64,000 bases of DNA from Faecousia sp. (lineage in GTDB: Bacteria > Bacillota > Clostridia > Oscillospirales > Oscillospiraceae): the NCBI GenBank assembly GCA_045586205.1, contig JAZMZW010000149.1, positions 4,084 through 68,083 on the forward strand, in the 5' to 3' direction. Within the stretch, counting starts at the first letter, position 1. The number at the start of each line of letters is the position of its first letter. Shown piece after piece: positions 60,801 through 64,000 of the stretch. The position numbers were made by a program, and so were the translations under genes. A model generated the notes under the pieces. It worked only from the letters and a program-made list of their open reading frames with translations. It did no database searches and was not told the origin of the DNA.

Positions 60801-62069
60801 CACCAGATTCACTTCTCCCAGAGAGACCGCAAAGGAGCTGTAGGCCTTTTGGGTATCTGCGGGATCTTCCTGCACCACCATGGAGCGGATAAATTGCTTG
60901 ATCTGCAGATCCTCTGCCTTCCCGAAACAGCCTACCAGACGCAGTGCCGCCTTTAGCACCTCCACCGCATAAGACTGTCCCGAATTGGGAAAACGCCCGC
61001 TGTTCATAGCAAGGAGGATGCCGTTATGTACCACGGGACGGAAGGTCTTCATAATCCACAGGAACTGATTTTCTCTCAGATCCGTTTTTGGCTCAAAGGC
61101 CGTCCCTGCCAGAACGCAATAGGCATCAATAATGCGGTTGCCCAGTACATCCGTGCCGTAAGTACCTTCCATAGGATAGTAGAAATGGCAAATATAAGAA
61201 TAGTCCGCCTTTACCCCGTCCCGCTTGGCAGGATCATCCTCTAAGAAATCCACCAGATTGGTCAGAGATTCTTCCATAAGCTCCGCATTTTTCGTCAAAG
61301 CCGCGATCATGGGAGTCACCCCCAGACGGACACGGCGGTAGCCGATGCTGGTATTATCCGTTTTCCCCGTGTTATTGGGACGGATAGCATTCAGAAGCTT
61401 CAGACAGGTTGCATTGAGGCTGTCATTGATGCTCTGTTCCTTGGCGCTCCGGAAGGGATAGAGGATCAAAAGGGACTGCAAGATCTCCTTCTGTCCCCCG
61501 TAAGTCCAGTCCCACCAATTATAATTGGTGGAAGCAGAACCTGTATGCTGTTTGTCCCAATTCTCGTAGTTAAAAAATATCATAGCCTTTTCCAAACCAT
61601 AGAAAATTGCCTGACGAAGTTCGGGATTTTGGTACAACTCCAAGGTCTGCACGACCCCACTGCTGTCCTTGTAACTATAGCTTGTTCCCGGCGTGCCGTA
61701 AGCCTTTGCCATATAGCACAGGTAAACCAGCTGCTTGCGCATGATGTCACTGGATATGAATATGCTAATATCCTGCGTACCGAAAACTCTACCGGACTGA
61801 TCCCTGTTTTTCTCCAGATCCATCCAATATTTTCCGCCGTTGTAAGCCAGACCGGAGGTGCTGACACCGGAGGAGTTTTTAACCCCAACGATTTTTTGGA
61901 TCTCCGTATCCGACCAATCTACATCAGATTTACCGCAGATGTTTTGCCGATAACGCTCTATAAGCTCATTCCAATCGGCCTCCGTATACCCTGCCCCCAA
62001 AGCCGTCACAGACAGCAGAGACAGAAGCAAAGAAACAAGCAAAGTCAACAATAAGATCCTTTTTCCCAT
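54834..62069 (-). CDS. Secreted polysaccharide lyase family 8 protein (2411 aa) with 6 CBM-like repeats and conserved C-terminal domain
   Basis: NWWDW, SYICH..P..GTYG, GWHTGDG, RVPGTT, ARKSYFLFDDEIVCVG and YSYVMLPG PL8 motifs. Confidence 0.88.
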   Translation of the reverse strand: MGKRILLLTLLVSLLLSLLSVTALGAGYTEADWNELIERYRQNICGKSDVDWSDTEIQKIVGVKNSSGVSTSGLAYNGGKYWMDLEKNRDQSGRVFGTQDISIFISSDIMRKQLVYLCYMAKAYGTPGTSYSYKDSSGVVQTLELYQNPELRQAIFYGLEKAMIFFNYENWDKQHTGSASTNYNWWDWTYGGQKEILQSLLILYPFRSAKEQSINDSLNATCLKLLNAIRPNNTGKTDNTSIGYRRVRLGVTPMIAALTKNAELMEESLTNLVDFLEDDPAKRDGVKADYSYICHFYYPMEGTYGTDVLGNRIIDAYCVLAGTAFEPKTDLRENQFLWIMKTFRPVVHNGILLAMNSGRFPNSGQSYAVEVLKAALRLVGCFGKAEDLQIKQFIRSMVVQEDPADTQKAYSSFAVSLGEVNLVQTLKNIVMDETIPVGDEVYANMRYSTDRAVQHAQGYTVGIAMSSIRIGTYECVNGCNRYGWHTGDGMVYVYDDTTNYAYDQYGGNFQRFANMYRVPGTTEEDATLRQPWSERAPYFTGMTYTHNEAAGKDDWKQDYDEDGSKACSFVGGVELGGKYIAAAMEFEAYSWTEEESRQELIKIHNSAQPDEYAERNKMKQVLVSDLSARKSYFLFDDEIVCVGSDIDFSTRNNGVNTYVDNRELLESSVAGGKTVYGTDDVMVDGTLLEKVNSFSEPKHYTDPQWIYGENFGGYYFPQGGEVYVNKSFRQSSNDGDDTNDDYNKINLTHSPINGSHSFLEIWLSHGKTPENGRYSYVMLPGKSPEETKEYSADPDISVVKCTEDLHVVREEKLGITSMVFWKAGSYNGITVDQPMILMVQEKNGIYSLSLSDPTQELKTATVTVNRSLYVTDSNAELQIGGSGKTVIKVDFSKAMGKSIAATFATEKEDCLLFDFAQNRSYSSPSYGYTDYSVSSNWTASASAPTVSGGSLSLPLDQSGMTELSAGKLNFSVSGEITVQLRLKLTGATSDSPKIYLSYLTDVWSGESLLCSPDTRGDYVTYKQSLSLPQGNVKGIKLIFRGLKGGKAVVDYLSFGKEPEDLYFGFDSDRSITAYSSGTYGGYDYSQDAWATNLTTGVGHYFSVDSGALQVYGTQEYNGTAGTDQGLYVETTAQAGTYPWNDRNRHALSYDPKTAEILEVRFKTEDLVATEGKRPLLTLLYTKEAKGEVSRKGELTVPFTISNGEYITLRIPVDEEFRSSDFIKSLGLRFRYTKSVDETSVGKISMDYLYVGSRKNAPSSTYFDFESSSRYNRGEYGSVDFSQGNWSYSSSRLSAPVYENGAVSMTMEQDPKGGSLYLQTGPYLTQKFPLQLSLRDKEVIQLKVKLENFTVASGAKVGIYYYTSRNSHLNGKDRIRKLTETALTQEDAQGQWLVLTLPVPEEKRELTDITALRINFSGLGMGESAGKLTVDYLYVGSYDLLPEQTSLFFDFEAGAEDRIRYAGSAYGNTDFDDPENWWANPSYATEPTVNKGILTFASTNAEGRNNHYIHSAWTHNVFPLNYTPKEGDICKLRFSVEHGVCSQSSGKGVFQLYYGMGSNATAGYDQVEFSVEELSDKGYVTLSFPMDSEKYLSGEKISSLRFQFGRLNSAEGESVTFHIDYLYVGPESTAPAREENLFADFTDTYDDHLRYGDKVYGEKNLDSPESWWTNSNNDEAPKVENGVLILTASQGSTSTVHYALSCETFGVYPLQYIPKAGDLCQMRIRLENGICTNSKGLIRLGLLYGAKDNNSAGSDYVELPVEEYMDAGWATITFPMDSKNYLSVPQIVSIRPQISDVTSAEGEQLRFSIDYLYIGWEEDLPARDAYYLAEFNGDLVGQERYKDKLYGNTDPDLPESWWTNSTYATAPVTEGGTMSLYSKLDSRTDHYFHSGPAHNVYPLAFRPGQEDYCQVRLKIENAVSTKTNGTARFSLYFGIGETSVVASGYKDFSLEQYGNGEYFILTFPMSHAKYKSAHEISCFRPQLSYVKNAAGENLSLTVDYLYVGPKASLPLPLYTVTFRNEDGQILETVSVQEGDTAAYSGKTPAKAHDRVHHYVFQGWDKSLENIRKDTVFTARFLEVKHSYENGLCICGEPEEKEPLLESGWKISHSLNLASDISVNYLVPVTMLEGYDMDTVYLVSTIENYEGETLLGTESVRIEPVKNGALYYFTLTGITAVQMNDTVSSVLYGEKDGQPYYSNTDLYSVAKYAYSQLNKGNGAVPAGLKTLCADLLRYGSKAQVYKEYRLSALADGDMTEEHKSHLSDLEAVTFGETNRDLGDLAEPSVTWIGKSLSLDSKVSLKFIFSLAAYTGKLEDLSMKVNYRDNFGESMSVTVTELQPYSESRSMYSFTVDCLLASELREVLSVQIFEGEQAVSSTFCYSPDTYGNNKTGALLELCKALFAYSDSAKAYFTN

Positions 62070-62107
62070 AGTAACCTCCTATGCTTTTATTGTAATACTC
62101 TAATCAT

Positions 62108-62136
62108 AGTCTACCACCGTCACAGACAACTGTCAA
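62108..62136 (-). promoter_or_regulatory. Sigma-A promoter of the PL8 gene
   Basis: TTGACA-17 bp-TAGACT with extended TG. Confidence 0.6.
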
Positions 62137-62155
62137 CTTGAATCTCCCGACTTCC

Positions 62156-62193
62156 AAAAAAAGAATGCTCTACCCCAATGGTAAAGCATCCCT
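62156..62193 (-). terminator. Intrinsic terminator after the orphan mal 3' copy
   Basis: GGATGCTTTACC..GGTAGAGCATTC-TTTTTTT. Confidence 0.7.
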
Positions 62194-62224
62194 GAATTAT
62201 GTTTTAACTTATCCCTTTTTGAGC

Positions 62225-62293
62225 TTACCGGATGGCTTTTTCTGCCTTTCTGACTGCCGTGATAAGGTTCATTTCGTTATAGACGATCATGTA
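62225..62293 (-). repeat. Degenerate duplicate of the mal 3' end (att-like direct repeat with 63181-63230)
   Basis: 44/50 nt identical by manual alignment; translates to YMIVYNEMNLITAVRKAEKAIR*. Confidence 0.85.
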
Positions 62294-62331
62294 TCACTCG
62301 ACATATCAAATTGTCCATGAATAGCCTCACC

Positions 62332-62517
62332 TTATTCGTCAATCTGAATATTCTCCACCCCATGAGCTAAAATGAGATTGATCAGCTCATTGCGGGAGTA
62401 GTTAGCTTCTGATGAAATACGGTCCAACGCCGCCAAAGTTTCTTCCCGAATACGAACAGTAATAATTTTACTGCCATCCTCTCCGCGTTTCTTTATTTTC
62501 AGAGGTTCGTTCATCAT
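62332..62517 (-). CDS. CopG/ribbon-helix-helix DNA-binding protein
   Basis: IITVRIREETLAALDRIS...SRNELINLIL; GGGGAG RBS. Confidence 0.85.
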   Translation of the reverse strand: MMNEPLKIKKRGEDGSKIITVRIREETLAALDRISSEANYSRNELINLILAHGVENIQIDE

Positions 62518-62558
62518 ACAGTCTCCCCACAATCTATTTATATTTATTATATTATATA

Positions 62559-62622
62559 TTGACAAACCTCATCATAATATACTATAATATGATAGCATAT
62601 TGTATTACAATATGCTATCATA
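62559..62622 (+). promoter_or_regulatory. Promoter (TTGACA-18-TATAAT) overlapped by a perfect inverted repeat with 17-bp arms
   Basis: TATGATAGCATATTGTA-T-TACAATATGCTATCATA at 62588-62622. Confidence 0.7.
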
Positions 62623-62643
62623 AACAAAGGAGAGATAATACCT

Positions 62644-63039
62644 ATGGAGCAAACTCAAAATCAGCAAGAAACTCCGGTTAAAACCAAGTTTTGCAAGCAC
62701 TGTGGCGGCAAAATTCCCGAAGCAGCGGTCATTTGCACTCTTTGCGGCTGTCAGGTAGAGACCATGGCCAAGGCTGAACAACCCAATATCGTGATCAACA
62801 ATACCAACACCAATACTAACACCAATACTATCGCGGGCGCATTTGGCATGCGCGCTCGCAACAAATGGGTTGCCTTCCTCCTCTGCCTGTTGCTTGGCTT
62901 TGCAGGCGCCCACAAATTCTACGAAGGCAAAGCCGGTATGGGAATTCTGTATATTCTCACCGGTGGTCTTTTCGGCATTGGCTGGTTCATCGATCTGATC
63001 TCCTTGCTCTGCAAGCCCAATCCCTACTATGTAAGATAA
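62644..63039 (+). CDS. Zinc-ribbon plus TM2-domain membrane protein
   Basis: FCKHCG...CTLCG; NKWVAFLLCLLLG.AGAHKFYEG...GWFIDLI. Confidence 0.9.
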   Translation: MEQTQNQQETPVKTKFCKHCGGKIPEAAVICTLCGCQVETMAKAEQPNIVINNTNTNTNTNTIAGAFGMRARNKWVAFLLCLLLGFAGAHKFYEGKAGMGILYILTGGLFGIGWFIDLISLLCKPNPYYVR

Positions 63040-63045
63040 TCAAAA

Positions 63046-63092
63046 ATCAATGGCTCTGCATCCTCAAGGAGGTATGCAGAGCCGTTGATTTA
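63046..63092 (+). terminator. Terminator of the TM2 gene
   Basis: AATCAATGGCTCTGCAT...ATGCAGAGCCGTTGATT. Confidence 0.7.
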
Positions 63093-63122
63093 TATGTAGA
63101 AGCTTATTTCAATGCTGTAAAG

Positions 63123-63160
63123 AAGGCTCTGTATTCCTATGTCGGAATTCAGAGCCTTTT
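63123..63160 (-). terminator. Hairpin after mal
   Basis: AAGGCTCTG..CAGAGCCTT. Confidence 0.6.
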
Positions 63161-63167
63161 GGGATGT

Positions 63168-64000
63168 TTACTTCTTTCTTGCCTTGCGGACTGCCATGAT
63201 GCGGTTCATTTCGTTGTAGACGATCATGTAGCCTTCATCTACGCCCATACCGGGCTTGGCAAGGATCTGTACGGGCTGAGTTGCCATAGCGCAGTGGACA
63301 CAGACCTGTGCGGAGCGGTCGGTCTCGTTGCAGGTACCGCCCTGATAGGCGCCGATGCCCTTTTCCTTGCAGTACAGCACAGCCTCGATGGTGTTGTTGA
63401 TACCGCCCAGATCGGGGGTCTTGATCTGCACCATGTGGCCTGCCTTATTGTCGGCAAAGAGCTTGATGTCTTCCAGAGTATTGCACCACTCGTCGGCTAC
63501 CAGTTCCACGTCACAGCCACGGTCATCCAGCTCCTTGGTCAGACCTGCCAGAGCGATCATCTGAGTTTCACGGTCGCAGTCGCAGTCCATAGGGCCTTCG
63601 ATACGGAGCTTGAAGGGACTTGCGATCTTGCCCAGTTCTTCGATGTAATCGGCCATTTCCTTGTAGTTGTTGTTGCCGAATGCGGCGCCGATGGTGCCGT
63701 ATACATCCATGTGCATGACAGGAGCGTAGCTCTCATCACTGCGGAACTGCAGGATGCGGTCACGGAGCCATGCTACATACTCAGCCAGCTTTTCGCCCTT
63801 ACGGCCAAGCTTGCTGTCGATGTTGTTGATGAGAGCGTGGGGCAGAACCTGTGCGCCCTTAATGATCATCTTGTCGGCATTGTTGTAGCGGTCGTCGCCG
63901 GACTGGGTGAAGATGGCAATGGGAGTTTCGGAAACTTCACAGCCGTATTCCTCTGCAACCACTTCGCACATAAGCTTGCCCTGTGCCTTTGCCACGGCAT
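63168..64000 (-). CDS. mal: Methylaspartate ammonia-lyase (N-terminus outside the window)
   Basis: PIAIFTQSGDDRY, LPHALINN, HMDVYG, RIEGP, VADEWCN, QIKTPDLG, GGTCNET, KPGMGVDEG. Confidence 0.96.
   Translation of the reverse strand, partial: AVAKAQGKLMCEVVAEEYGCEVSETPIAIFTQSGDDRYNNADKMIIKGAQVLPHALINNIDSKLGRKGEKLAEYVAWLRDRILQFRSDESYAPVMHMDVYGTIGAAFGNNNYKEMADYIEELGKIASPFKLRIEGPMDCDCDRETQMIALAGLTKELDDRGCDVELVADEWCNTLEDIKLFADNKAGHMVQIKTPDLGGINNTIEAVLYCKEKGIGAYQGGTCNETDRSAQVCVHCAMATQPVQILAKPGMGVDEGYMIVYNEMNRIMAVRKARKK

Overview
Chromosomal window (about 50-55% GC by eye) from a Clostridia-class bacterium, probably an Oscillospiraceae/Ruminococcaceae-like gut or rumen anaerobe (inferred from SLH proteins, a T-box, an ECF transporter and cohesin/dockerin modules). 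Left part: end of a purine-catabolism locus (xdhD-like, ygfM-like, mocA, NCS2 permease) and housekeeping genes (nrdR, uraA-like, LCP, HIT, T-box plus alaS, EF-G2, a dead P-type ATPase homologue, rlmB, ftsH, mscS, NhaC). The most striking locus is 23.8-34.6 kb (minus strand). It is an operon under two tandem cobalamin riboswitches that couples an ECF transporter and a DUF4430 lipoprotein to a membrane-anchored cohesin and a secreted transcobalamin-like protein carrying both a cohesin-like domain and a dockerin. This suggests a cellulosome-style B12-scavenging assembly. Right part: NUDIX/xth/SLH-NlpC, a LytTR-DUF3021-ABC system with its direct-repeat promoter, tRNA-Ser, FHA-RodA/PBP, a WYL regulator and REP-like intergenic arrays. 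Three large secreted enzymes follow (helveticin-J-like plus MBL, GDPD, PL8). They share an unnamed ~310-aa C-terminal domain with one B12-operon protein. The window ends with a small islet flanked by a duplicated 3' end of methylaspartate ammonia-lyase. All domain calls come from motif recognition by eye; no database searches were run.
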